This document shows, piece after piece, positions 48,438-61,200 of a stretch of 64,000 nucleotides of DNA. The notes under the pieces are model-generated. The model was not told the DNA's origin. It worked only from the letters and a program-made list of their open reading frames with translations, and made no database searches. Numbering within the stretch: position 1 is the stretch's first letter; each line of letters opens with the position of its first letter. Source of the DNA: Epiperipatus broadwayi. Lineage: Eukaryota > Animalia > Onychophora. The stretch is from NCBI GenBank assembly GCA_028023455.1, contig JAQFVV010000006.1:8618001-8682000 (forward strand). Reading direction: 5' to 3'. The position numbers were made by a program, and so were the translations under genes.

Positions 48438-49506
48438 TAATGAATATTATTTCTAGTGTAATTGTCAATACACCACTCTCATACAAGATAGAGTCTGATT
48501 TCCCTCTGCTTTTAACACCTTGTGGAGGGATGTAATTTTAAACATTTTACCAAAGACATGTGAAAAAGATGTATGATCCCCAAGATGCACATTTTGTGCT
48601 AAACCCGCACTCATCAATTGGCCCAGACCACAATCTTTTTCAAATATCTTTATCAATGCATATAGAGATAGCAAATTACTTCAGTTCAATTGATAAGCGG
48701 CAAATGTGCTGCTCAAACAACTTTGATATAAATTTACTTAATGAAAGTGTATAAATAATTTTTATTAATCATTCATTAGACTAGCGATATCCAATAATAA
48801 TATGTGTATAGTGTAATTTTCATTGCACCACTCTCACGCAAGGTAGGGACTGGTTTCTATCCGCTTTTAACACTTTGTGGAAAGATATAATTAAAAACAT
48901 TTGACGAAAGACATGTGAAAAAGATGTATGATCCCCAAGCTGCACATTTTGTGCTGAACTAGCACTCATCAGTTGTCCAGACCACAATGTTTTTACACAT
49001 ATCTTTATCATTGTTCAGTATATATAGATAGCAATTTACTACAGTTTAATTAATAAATGCCATTTTACTGCCTTTACAACTTTGACAAAAATCACTTAAT
49101 GGAAGTATATTAATAATTTTTATTAATCATTCATTAGACTAGAGATATCCAATAATGAATAATGTGTATAGTGTAATTTTCACTACATCACTCTCACACA
49201 AAGTAGGGACTGGTTTCTATCCACTTTTAGCACTTTGTGGGGAGATGTAATTAAAACATTTGATGAAAGACATACGAAAAAGATATATGGTCCACAAGTT
49301 TCGTCCCCAAGCATTTTGGGTATCACACAACTTTTTGTACATAACTTTGATCAAATGTTTATAATTACATTCCTCCACAAAGTATTTAAAGTGGATAAAA
49401 ACCAACCCCTACCTTGTGTGAGAGTGGTGTAGTGAAAATTACACTATAGAAATATTATTCATGATTGGATAATCTTTAGTCTAATGAATGACTAATAAAA
49501 ATTATT
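48438..49506 (-). mobile_element. Retrozyme-like tandem array (355-360 bp units with family C type I hammerheads) plus terminal inversion
   Basis: The same GTGTAATT landmark recurs at 48456, 48811 and 49171. Hammerheads lie at 48621-48580 and 48975-48935 (minus). Inverted arm ~49316-49506 mirrors ~49111-49298. Confidence 0.78.
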
Positions 49507-49895
49507 GTCAAGTAAAAGATAAAAGTAGTGCACTAAAATAACAAAGCATTACTATGCGGTCTAATTATTTTTATCTCCGCTAATTAATCGATTTGGTTTT
49601 ATAGCTTTTGCAATTTCTTTTTTCATGATTATCTCTACTGTCTTTACTATTAAATTACCATCTGTTTTCACTTATTATTGGTTGACTACCGTGTCTTTTT
49701 TTTTTTATAATTCCCCATTCTAAACAATATCTCATAACTTTAACTGTTTTATATTTTGAGTCATTGGTTTTATATACATATATCTTCTAAAATATTCAGA
49801 TTTTTTATTCATCTTTTCTGATTTTAATCACATTCATCTAAAACTTTTTCTCTTAAATTTTTTATAACCTATTTTTACTGAAAAGTTTATAAATA

Positions 49896-50883
49896 TACCT
49901 GGGTCTCATTTTACGCGATAGATAGGTTCCTCACAAAACACGCAGAAGAAATCGCGCAAAAATAGACGTAACTTACCTTGAAAAAGGGGGGATATGGACT
50001 GTGATTTTTCAAAAATCGCATAAAAACAAAGCACCAACGTAAAATTACTTTAAAATTCGCGCAAAAAAAAAAATAAGGAAATAAAATATGACTAATAAAA
50101 AATTTCAAATTTGAAAAAAATTGATACAAGACCAACTTTTTTTGACTATAATATTTAATTTTATTCAAAACAATACATTTTTATGCATAATTTACAGTAC
50201 AGTAACTGACATTTTTTTATACACGTTTTAATTATTATCGCTACTTGCCGATAAACAGGTTCGTTTGCAAACTGGTAAAAAAATCAGATTCTTCACAAGA
50301 GGAAATACAACTAGTGCCAGCTTCACTCTCATGTTGTGTAAATGGTTTTCTGGTGACAACGTAATTAGTAATTAATCTTTGAGACGATTTTATTAATTGT
50401 TTATGAAGCTCGCGATATCCAGACATACAACCATTTAGCTATCGTTGGAATTTAAGAGCACGTTTGTGATTAGTGTCATTAATAAGAAAATAATTAAAAA
50501 TAAACTTGCGGACACTAAATGATTAATAATTGATTACGTTCTTTTTTAAAAAGCAAAAACAGAATGTGATTTAAAATGCAAAATTAACACGCACAATGTT
50601 TGAACAAATTTACATTATAATCTTGTAAAATTTAATGTGGGTATACATAAAATGTGGAAATCATGATTTTAATTTCATTATTGCATAAAATCTTGCTATT
50701 ATAAAGCACTGAAAATATTGAAATTACTAAGATGAAATTCGAATTCCAATAATGTGCTATTACTTTCAATATGACGTAAGTGCGCGAAATTTATTATTTA
50801 AAGTAATAGCGCATTATCGGAGTTCGACTTCCGAAGAAACATGAATCGCGTTAAAGAAATCCGCATAAAACGAGACCCAGGTG
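49896..50883 (-). mobile_element. Tigger-like non-autonomous internal-deletion element
   Basis: TA-flanked TIRs (T/C)ACCTGGGTCTC(A/G)TTTTA(C/T)GCG. Retains a transposase C-terminal remnant RALKFQR..CMSGYRELHKQL...QRLITNY at 50241-50460. Confidence 0.85.
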
Positions 50884-53800
50884 TATTTTACTTGAATAAT
50901 TTTCATCTTTTATTAACTTTGTCATTGTCCTGCTACTATTTTATTTATGCTTATTTTTTATTCAACAGACACAAAATTAAAAAAATGTTAATATTCTCAA
51001 TTTACCAATTTTGCCTCCCCATTTTTCTTTTTTGTCTTTGCAGTTATTCTTTTAAAATCTCTATTCTTCCATTAATAAATGGTCTCTGAATTCCTATCAG
51101 CTCCAGGATGAAATTATCTCTTCCTATCAGCTTGAGATTTTATGTGTAAATCCTTTTTTATATTTATTTAATTGTGTGTTTGCATTTCATACTATTTTCT
51201 TGTAATTAGGTAATCAATCTTTTATCCTCACATTTCTAATTCCAAACCCAAAATCTTATCATATCATTCCATGTCTGGTACAAATAGCTTCCCATTTCCC
51301 ACCCTAAAGTGCCCACCTATATTAGAATTAATTAACAAGTGATAACATATTTAAATCCTCATCACCAGACTTTTTTTTATATCGAGATTTGAAATTCAAA
51401 ATTAGAAGTAAGGAATTTAATCATCTAGCAGACAATTTTACTATTCAAACTAAAAGCATGAACATTGCAAACACCCAAAAGTTTGAAACCAAGCCAGTCT
51501 GCTTGAACAATAATATACATCTGATTCCATGCCAGAAAGTACATATTTTAGTATTCTTACTCAGATCTATATAACTTCAAACAGATTGACCTGTGTTCAA
51601 AACTATGGTGTTTAGAATTTAGGTTTGTAGCTCGAATAGCAAACTGGAGTTAAAGATGATTGCTATATCCGTAATTGCTAGCTGCTCCTGTTTTATCATA
51701 TTGTATAAAGTAAAGAATGAAATCATTTGCTTCTTTTATCATTTAGCATATATATATGAATAATTATTAGATTCCCTGAAATTCCTTTAAATCTAGTTAT
51801 TAACAATTGATCATTTTCAAGAGTGCTGCTGCCTATAACATTGTCTTTATTTTCTTGGTTTCAATATGAACATCATTATATCTATATTATCTCCAGAATG
51901 AAATACTTTAACATTTTATCTATTTTTGTTATTTATTTGTATTATCTTGGAAACTCCTACAGCAGTTAGTCATTTTTGTTTGCAACAATGAATTTCCCAC
52001 ATACTATGATTTTTTCATTATTATAGCCTTCTGTGTACAATTTTTTTCACAGGACTTTTTTAACCTAAGATGATCGATCACAAGTTCTTAAGTAATCTCA
52101 ATTATGCTATGGATTTTTAATCGCCTTTTTTTCCTTATACTTTCAATCCCTTAATAACATACAGATTTAGTATTCTTAAATTTTCATTATATTGTATGCA
52201 TTGTGTCACTATGTTGTTATCTAAAAAATACTTAAAAATGAAAAAAAAAAAGATCTGTATGTAATCGATTAAATATTCAATAGAATTAAAAACTAAGATA
52301 ATCAATTAAATTTGTTCTTTGGAAGTTCATAGGAAATTTGGGCATCAGAAATAATAGAGCTGGAATCACGCCCCATGGATATTAAACTATGCAGAACATA
52401 AGGAAAAAAAGAGCAAATTTTAATTCAATATATTAGTTAAAATAGTAATACAGTACAGTATTTAATTAAAAAATAAAACAGAAATAATGAAATGTTCTAT
52501 CATAAATATGTGGAATGTTAGTGCTAGAAAGAAACCAGAAAATATTGAATATTTATTATCAAAGATAAAAGGGAAATAATGTGTTACGACTTTCAATTTG
52601 ATATTATTTTAAATACATAATATATATTCCGAATCTTATGAGAACCACATGTAATATTTTTTGTGAAAAGTATGTCATTATGGGATTATCCTAATGCAGG
52701 TCGCACTAAAATATGGAAATCTCTCATTCCATTGACATATTAATGAGAACTAGGTACTAACTTAAACAATAGAATAAACGTTACCTGTTGAAATCTTAAA
52801 TAATAAAAAAAATAGACTAATTGTGTACATCGTAAGTCCAAGCTTTCATTTTTTCTAAAATATAAAACTTGTATTTCCAATAATTGTACGTAAATACATA
52901 TTATATAAAGACTGAGAATAGAAATGAAAAAATTGTGACAATGTTAAAAAAAAGAGTATTAATTCATGTTATGAAAATACATTTTAAATCATTGGTCACA
53001 CAGTTGACATTTTTTTAAACACAATTTGTTCTAGCATCTCAATATTTAGAGCTATATCACAATCTTTAATGAGTCCTTTACGTATTAAAATAATAATCGG
53101 ATGGCTGTGTTGTTAAGTATTTAATAAGCACACAGAACTGAAATCAACCTGAACACCTTAGTTTGACTGCCACTATACTAAACCATCAACTAGTTTATCC
53201 TAGACTAGAGTTTAAAAGATTTTCATAAGTGTGTCTTAATATCTTACGTTCAAACCTTGTTTTTATTAAAACTGAAATTTTTTTTTATCTCGAATGGTTT
53301 TATTTTGAAACAGTAATCTTATATTCTTCAGTGATAGCTTTGCAGATATTTGTAGGTTGGATTCAGTTATTAAAACATTCTGTTCAAATAGCATATTTAA
53401 TCATCAGATCACCCCATCAAATTTACAGTTAACTTCTGCTCATTCAATTCTTATTTCACATTGTAGGTCATGTATTTTGATCACACGTGCAAGAAAAGCT
53501 AAGATGAATTGGATACAGTACTATTGAAATTTCACTATAAAATGTATAAACACAACCCGTCTGAAATCAATCTAGCTTCAATGATTGTTATGTTGTCACC
53601 ACTAAAAATAGAAATGGGTTGCTCTCAATAGCTGGGGCAAGAAAAAAGTCATTTTATGATTACCAATAATTTTATATAGATTTGCACAATTAACCCTTTA
53701 ACCGCTAATTATTATTGGTTGTATGAGGTAAAAATCAAATCTTTTAATTGGCCAACTCACAAACTGAAGACAAAGCCTATTGTTAAAACATATTCGCCTA

Positions 53801-56800
53801 TAATATTAAATTCAAGTCAGATACGTTTATAAAAAGTATATTACTAATTTTTCAGGTTATGAAAGAGAACGAAAGTTCTTTCAAAAATAAATTGCTATTT
53901 ATTTATTATAAAATATATTCAATTTCGGCAAATATAAAGCGAATGTCTAAACAAAAAAGTGCTGACGCAAACGGTTCTGGAAAAGTAAAGATTTCTTTTT
54001 GCTAAATCTTAAATATTTTTACTAAAATCTTCAATATTTTTTAAAAAACTATTTTAATTTCTCATTTTATATTTTTTTAATACTTTAAATTACATTCGAA
54101 ATGAAAATCTCAGCGTTTTTCTTTATTTTCTTTGATCAGGCGGTTTCTTTGTTCTTTCCAGCCAATCAGAATGTCTTTTTCGGCTGAGAGCCGGCTGACA
54201 GCCAATCACCAACAAGGTTCTTCTTTGTTTAGTTTTAAATGCGGTTTTTTTGATTTTTTACTTGTAAAATAATTCGGAAGAGGGCACCATCTTACAGAAC
54301 TTTTAAAAACCTAATCAATAACTGTCAAACGAATATTCTACCATTAAAACTATTATGTGTAAACTTTCGTAGAGTACTGCTTTTGTCTGTGATTCATCTT
54401 GCCCCAAAATCAGAATATACTTGGTTGCTTTGTTTTAAAATAACTTCAAGGATGCTTTGACACATAAAAGAAAAAGTATTTAATTAAACATTAGCTAATT
54501 TTCCTTATGCCCACTACTTCCATAAACACAACTATTTTTTATTGAAATGTTTCAAAAATAGCAGTTGTTGATACTTTGATAACTGTTAACTACAATATTG
54601 TTTTTAATACATTGCACAGGCTTAAACCCGTGTTTTTATAAGATGGCACTGAGAGTAGTGGGTTGTGTGAAAGTCTGAGTTCGAATCCTGCAAATATTGT
54701 TTTTAGACATTTTAAACAGTTTGTGCTGTGTAAAATCATAAGTACCATTCTTCCCTCTCCCTCTTTTTCAGTATTAGTTTTATATATATACAGTACAGTA
54801 AGTGGATACAGTGTTGTTGTTTTTTTTTGTAATTACAACAGTTGCAAAAAACAATTAGCTTCCATGTTAAATAAAATGTGACATGATGCAAAGAAAAATA
54901 TTAAATTCAGTATGTAACTGCTAAAATATTGATTGTAAATAATAAGCTAAGTAAAAAAAAAAAACTAAGAAAATATTCTTTGTAAGACTTTTTTACTATG
55001 TTCACAGTTAGAGTAAAATGTCAGTTCTGTTCTAAACAGTATAACTGCTAATTCACAGTTTATTCCTGTGTATCAATAAGGAAATGTTCATTAGCTTAGC
55101 TAAAAACACATTTATTCTTATTAAACTATATTTTATTGATAATCTAATTATCGTTACATTTAAAGCAATATGATTTGATATTGAATAATCTTTTTTTTTA
55201 ATCAAAAATAAAAAAAACTACAAGGTTTAATTTGCTTGTAACAAAAAATATTAATTATATAATAGATTTCACTGAAAAAATTATAGCAAATATACTTAAC
55301 TAACTAAAATGCATTTTATTACATATTTTATTTCATATAATGTAATTATAATAGCATTGTATTTTCAATTACAACAAATAATTCTCATTATGTAAAGTAG
55401 TTTGTACAACTACAATTCACAATATTTACAAATATATAATTATTATTTAATTATATGCTTAATTAAACAGTCATTTGATAATTATCATTGATTTTTAATT
55501 TTAAACATTTTTTTTTTCTTTTTAAATAAAGTATTCAAAGTGTTCGTGTTCATTTTATGAATTGATAGCAAATTGAATTTTTTTTTATACTGTAGAAGAC
55601 CATTATAATTGCTTGGTTTTATCAAACATTTAATATATTAAATAATTTTGGAGAACATATTATAATTACAAATAGAGGTAATGCCTCAACATGAAATTTA
55701 TTTAATAAAAAGTGCCTGCCAGATAAATCTCACATGAATATACAAATACTTTCAGTAAAAGAAAATTTATATGTGTGGGTATTGAAACAGTAAGATATGC
55801 CTTACCAATCTTAGTTCTACTTGCATTCCTATTTCCTACCCTCATGCCTTATTTTAAAACCCTAATTTCATCGTATTGTGTGTGTACTGGGTGTATTTAC
55901 CGAAATCCTGCCTAAATTTATATGTATAATGGGGTGCCCGGGGTTTTATAATAATTAAAATTGTTTTTAAACGGTTTTATTTTCAAACCGTCGAGTATAT
56001 ATTACGTATATATGCTTGTACAGTAAAGTAGGTCACATATTCTCATCTACACACATACTGCGATAATATTTAAAATTTATCAAAATATTTTATTTAAAAG
56101 TTGTTTTTGAATTGATTTATTTTGTGATGTTGTTTCGCTATAATTATTTGCCTTTAAGAAATAATATCACTGAGAAATATTTCTGAAAATTAAATTCAGA
56201 AAGAGTGTTTTATAAATGTAAAGTGTTATTTAGTTTTCAAAAACATGTCATTTTTTAAATCAGTGAGGGTAAGAAAGAACAATAGTGGCTAATTTTAATC
56301 ATATTGGCGCCAGTTTTACTAGTAGATTTGATAAAATTAAAACAGTGTTTACAAACAGATTTTAATTAGAAAATGCAGTCCGTGTTTTCAAATGTGTAAT
56401 AATTAAAGAATGGATTTTATCACCGCAGGGTTAGATTGTAATCGGGGAGAGCATATAAATAGGGCTGATTGATTGTAATTATTATTAGACAGAGAGTGAT
56501 TAATTAACCTACCTTGTATTGTGACAGCGAAAAAGTTATTTTCTGAATTTTGACATTCATATTTTCGGATTGCTTGTTTATTCGCGTCATCGGACCGACC
56601 AGCTTGCTTTGACAGTAAATCTAGTTTTCAAATCGTTTAACCTCAGAATGTCGGGGTAACGGGCCAGTAGGTTGTCTTTCCCTCAGGATCCTGTGCCTAT
56701 GTCCTGTCACTGTATCATCCAACCCTACTGAACCAGCCCAAAGAAATGCTGCTCCTAAAATCTACTAACTGCTGCTACGGAACCATGAACCAAAGAAACT

Positions 56801-58634
56801 CATAACTTTACTTAAGAACTTCGCTACATGTTTGGAAATGCCCACGGACAGAGTTAAAAGAACAAGGTAATTAAAATCAACCCGAGATCTCGGAAAACTT
56901 CAAGCTATAGCTAACAATTTTGTATATTCTATAAATGTATCTATTTAAACATTTTTCTAATGCATGCTGAACTTGTGCTGGGGTTGATTTTCTATTATAT
57001 TTATAAATGTCTTATTTGAATGTCTTGTAATGAAATATATAATTAATTTCTTTAGACAAATGCGAGTTACGTAGGGAAGTTAAATAATGCGTGGTTGCCA
57101 TCTTAGTTTATAAACCGCAAACACGCATGTTCCCCCTCCCATCGTTTATATTTAAAAATATCTCATATATGTTTTAAAATATTTTTGCGTATAAGAATTT
57201 TCTTAAATGAATATTTATTTATCTTAAGTTTTGTTGAGAGTCTGCTGGCCATTTAAATATGAAAGTCGAGAGCAAGCTATTTCTGTTTCCTTAATGAATT
57301 GCCCTTTGTTTTATTAATTTTTTGAAAATTAAGCTGTGTTGCTAGTAAATATGCATGGGTGCTGGAATCCTACTGTTGGCAAAGGTCATCTTCGTTCAAA
57401 TCCGTTCCCTCTTGTTTTACTCTGCGGTTCCCAGTCCTGTGCTAAAATGGCACGTGGGAATTATTTCACGTATGTCCCCACAGTTACGAAGCTCCTGGGT
57501 GTGGGCCAGGCTTGAGCTGTGAGTGGGCTAGAGATGTCCCAAATAAAAGGCAGAATGCCTACCCAATGCCAAGACCTTTCGCTATCTTCTAAAGTTGCAT
57601 ACTCATAAACTGCACCCCTCCTCGGCATATACTCGCTAGCACCACCGTATATTTCCCATATTACTTATTAAAAGAATTCTATTCAAATGAATTTCAAATC
57701 CGTTCAGTATAGCTCGATCTTATAATCTATTTGCAAACGACTCTCGATCTCCATTTAAATCTCCAATTATAAAGGTTGTAGAATATTTCAAACTCTATTA
57801 GGCTTTATGTGACTCGCATATGCCTACTATGTCACCATATTTTAGACATGTTATCTAAACGAACCCAAGTACGAGGTATCAGCCATCTTGTTGTTTATTA
57901 TATAACTATCCAATTTAATCGCTAAATTATTTTATTATCGAATCATTAAAATCTTATTTATAAATTTATTTCTTTTTCTTTATTTATTCGGGGTCCAATC
58001 TAAATTACATAGTACATTAAACTTATCTTTGGCACATCTATAAGTTATTGTTAAATTTACCTAGGGCTATTTTAGATATAGAGTTTTGTTTTCTCCCTGA
58101 TCACTGGCACCGGCATGAAATTATACCATTAGTAGCATCAAGTGTGTTATCACGTAGAGGGTGTTGTGGAACTTGGACTTTGGATTCGAACTTGGGATTT
58201 CTGGGAGGTAACTCTCTTAGTGTTGAGTTCTATGTCCCGGGTTTAAATTCTGCAGTGTGTTAGCGAGATAGACATGTTTTGTCTGTTACAGTATATATAA
58301 CTTCTTAGATAAAGTAAAAAAAAATGCATAAAACATTCATCAGTATTTAGTTTATTCTATGCAAGCTAAGTTTTACTATAAAACTCAAAAATAGAATCAA
58401 AATTTATTTTATTCTATTCACAAAAATTATAAGGAATATGATTTTTTTTCAAAATAAAATCACTGCTAGATACATTTTTCCAAACATTTATTAAAATTAA
58501 AAATAACATGAATTAATTATAACTTGAAAGTGGAATAGTCAATTGTGAATAGTATTTATTATATACAATTGCGCATCCATGCGTATGGACAATTATTTGC
58601 AAGATTGCCATCTGACTTTTGACTGCCTTCTAAC

Positions 58635-58716
58635 TTTTTTTTTTTTCACGTGTCAAAGCGTTGACCGGGAAGCGAACCCGAGCCAGCTGCTATGCTAACG
58701 ACAAGGCCACCAATGC
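58635..58716 (-). mobile_element. tRNA-Gly(TCC)-derived retroposon with poly(A) tail and TSD
   Basis: Minus: GCATTGGTGGCCTTGTCGTTAGCATAGC-AGCTGGCTCGGGTTCGCTTCCCGGTCAACGC, then TTTGACACGTG and A12. TSD TTCTAAC (58628-58634, 58717-58723); anticodon arm deleted. Confidence 0.78.
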
Positions 58717-59299
58717 TTCTAACTTTTAAATAGTAATTTAATAAATTTACCATTTGGAAAATAATTTTGAAACATTACTACAGAATCATTACTCAAAAAA
58801 AAAAAAATTAGAATCCATAAGTTTTTGTAATAATAATTGTAAAATTGGGCAGATAAGAAAAACATAAGCTGCCCTGATTATAAAGCTTATTAAATAAAAG
58901 ACATTCTTCCCATTCACCAATACATTCCAACAACCCCCATTAATAACGGGAAAGAAGCAAATAAAGTATAAAACAATAAATATAATATTGCCTGAAGTCG
59001 TTCAGGTTGATATCCTCATCCTATAATTAAAATAATGGTAGGAATTAGTGAAAACTCAAACAACACATAAAACACCATAAAATGATAAATATGTGCTTGT
59101 GTAGCTTGTACCAATTTTTGCACCAGTTTGAATGAAAGGCAAAAGACTTTCTGTTGTAAATGAAGCAGACAGTATTTAAAAGGACAGAAAGATTAAAATA
59201 GTTTAAGTTGTTATTGACTATTCAGTTATGCATACACAGTAGTAAAAAAGTTCATGGAATGGTGATAATTCATTTTTCAGACATTCATACCTAATATTA

Positions 59300-61200
59300 A
59301 CATGTTGATGAAAAGGTAGGATTTATATATAAAGAAATTGAAAAGAATACAAAAACAAATATGAAATTTGAATACTATTGATGATACAGGTGAGGACTCG
59401 AAATTAACGAAATTATGGGTTTGGAATAGTTAATCATAGAATTGAAAGATGAATTACATAGTAGTAATGAACACGAAGTTCAAAAATTGTAAGAAGAGGG
59501 TTGGTTTGCGCATAGAGGTTTTTATTTCAATTATATTTTCATACAAGGTTTAGGAACAACATTAAGACTTTATGTGCACATTCTTACATAAATTCCGATC
59601 ATAATTTAGTAGTGACATAATTGACATTAACTTTTAGAATAAGAAGAGTAGAGATAATGAAACTAAATAAGCTGTTAACAAATTTGAATGGAAATATAAA
59701 GAAAATTCTTCAGATTTGACAATTTGTAAACAGTAGTAACTGAATTGATAAAGTTAAACTAAAAATATGGGAATTTTCTGGTTTTTAAAAATCAAAGACT
59801 AAATTATTATAAATGAAGCCTGAGAATAAAAGCATTGGGTTGACATTTAAAAATAAGAGAGACGGCAATGAGAAATATAAACTGTAAAAGTCTTAATAAT
59901 GAATTAAGTTTTCAAATATATACGCTATGAAATAGTAGTTAGAATGGGAATATAGGGAATTAATGTAAGTGAAAAGAAATGATTTGATTTATTATAGTAA
60001 TGTATTGAAGCAATTTTGCTAGGAAAAGCTGAGGTATAGATATAAATAATTAGAAACTGGTGATTAAACTATTAGGGAAGAAAATTAAAGCATTGGAATA
60101 GTCGAAGAATCTATATAATGATAGAACCTTATAAATCTCCACACATACACTCTAATGCAAAATTTTTTTATATAATTCCTTTAATTTTCTAACAGTTTAT
60201 GTGGAGATTTATAAAAAGTAATATATATGAAGGAATGCAAAAAAAAGTAAAGAAGATATAAGAATAATAGTTCTATAATGATAGAAATAAGACATTTCTA
60301 TTAATTGAAAAAAGAAAACTAGATAAGAAGGAAGTAGACTTTACAATAATTGAGGAGGAAAGTAATAAAAGTATTAGTAAATGATTGAAGTATTACAAAG
60401 AAAAGAAGAATGTACTTGAAAAAAAGAAAATGAAAAATATTTTAAAAGAGAGAAAATGGCAAAGTTTCAGGTGTTGATGACAATCGAATTATTAAAATAT
60501 TTGGAACAATTATCTATGACTTATTAGAGTAGCAGTAGATCTTGACTATTATGGTTCTACTAAAGAAAAAGTTTGATGTCACCTGCTTCTAATATTTTAT
60601 TGAAATGGATTTTTAGTAAAAAAATATTTGTTACAGAAGAGGTAGGTTTGGGCATAAATACTGAATATCCTGTTTTATTTTATAATACTTTAGATAATTG
60701 GATAAATATGTTTTGATAATGAAGTTGGTAATAGGTTGATAGATTCATTGTATTGAGAATTCTTAATTGCCAATACTTGCAGATAATATGAATGAACTTA
60801 CATAGGGTTAGCGGAAGTTATAAATGGTTGGGATAAAAAATACTAACAACTTATGCATTGAAAATATAAAATTAAATCACTAAAACAAACAAAAATAAAC
60901 AAGCATTGGATGGGATGCTAGTTATAGAGAAGATTAATTCATTTGAATTATTCGATAACTGGGTATAGAAGTACTGTAGTGAATATAAAATAGAGAAAAT
61001 GGAACTGGCAAAGCAGACTTTTAAAAAAAGCCAAGAAATTATATTATATGGGGTCTATTGGAATTAGATTCAAGAAAGAGAATAAACAACACTTTGAAGG
61101 GTCAGTTTAGAATTATAATTGTATCCTGTTTGATGAATGTAATTGGTTCTAGAAGCATGTTCGCTAAACAGTCAACCCATTCAGTGATAGATTGAAATGC
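59300..61200 (+). mobile_element. Very decayed RTE-like LINE
   Basis: Motif echoes FRNNIKT..NSDHNLVV (endonuclease end, ~59550-59620) and IEKINSF..ELAKQTF / CILFDECNW (RT C-terminal region, ~60900-61150); boundaries approximate. Confidence 0.5.
60130..60270. mobile_element. Family B fragment with inverted duplication (no core)
   Basis: Matches 47290-47340 and 47430-47505; TTATAAATCTCCACA / TGTGGAGATTTATAA inverted. Confidence 0.7.

Noticed and set aside
48470-49000. Cys-rich reading (SPSCTFCAELALISCPDH) in the 355-bp unit
   Set aside because: Interrupted by stops in every copy and overlaps the antisense of the hammerhead motif, which explains the conservation.
53690-53710. TTAA-CCCTTTAACCG, a piggyBac-like left end
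   Set aside because: No matching right TIR or transposase remnant found in the window.
53850-56770. Candidate next MED13 exon at AG sites 53855 and ~56686
   Set aside because: Both hit early stop codons in the required phase and show no MED13-like sequence.
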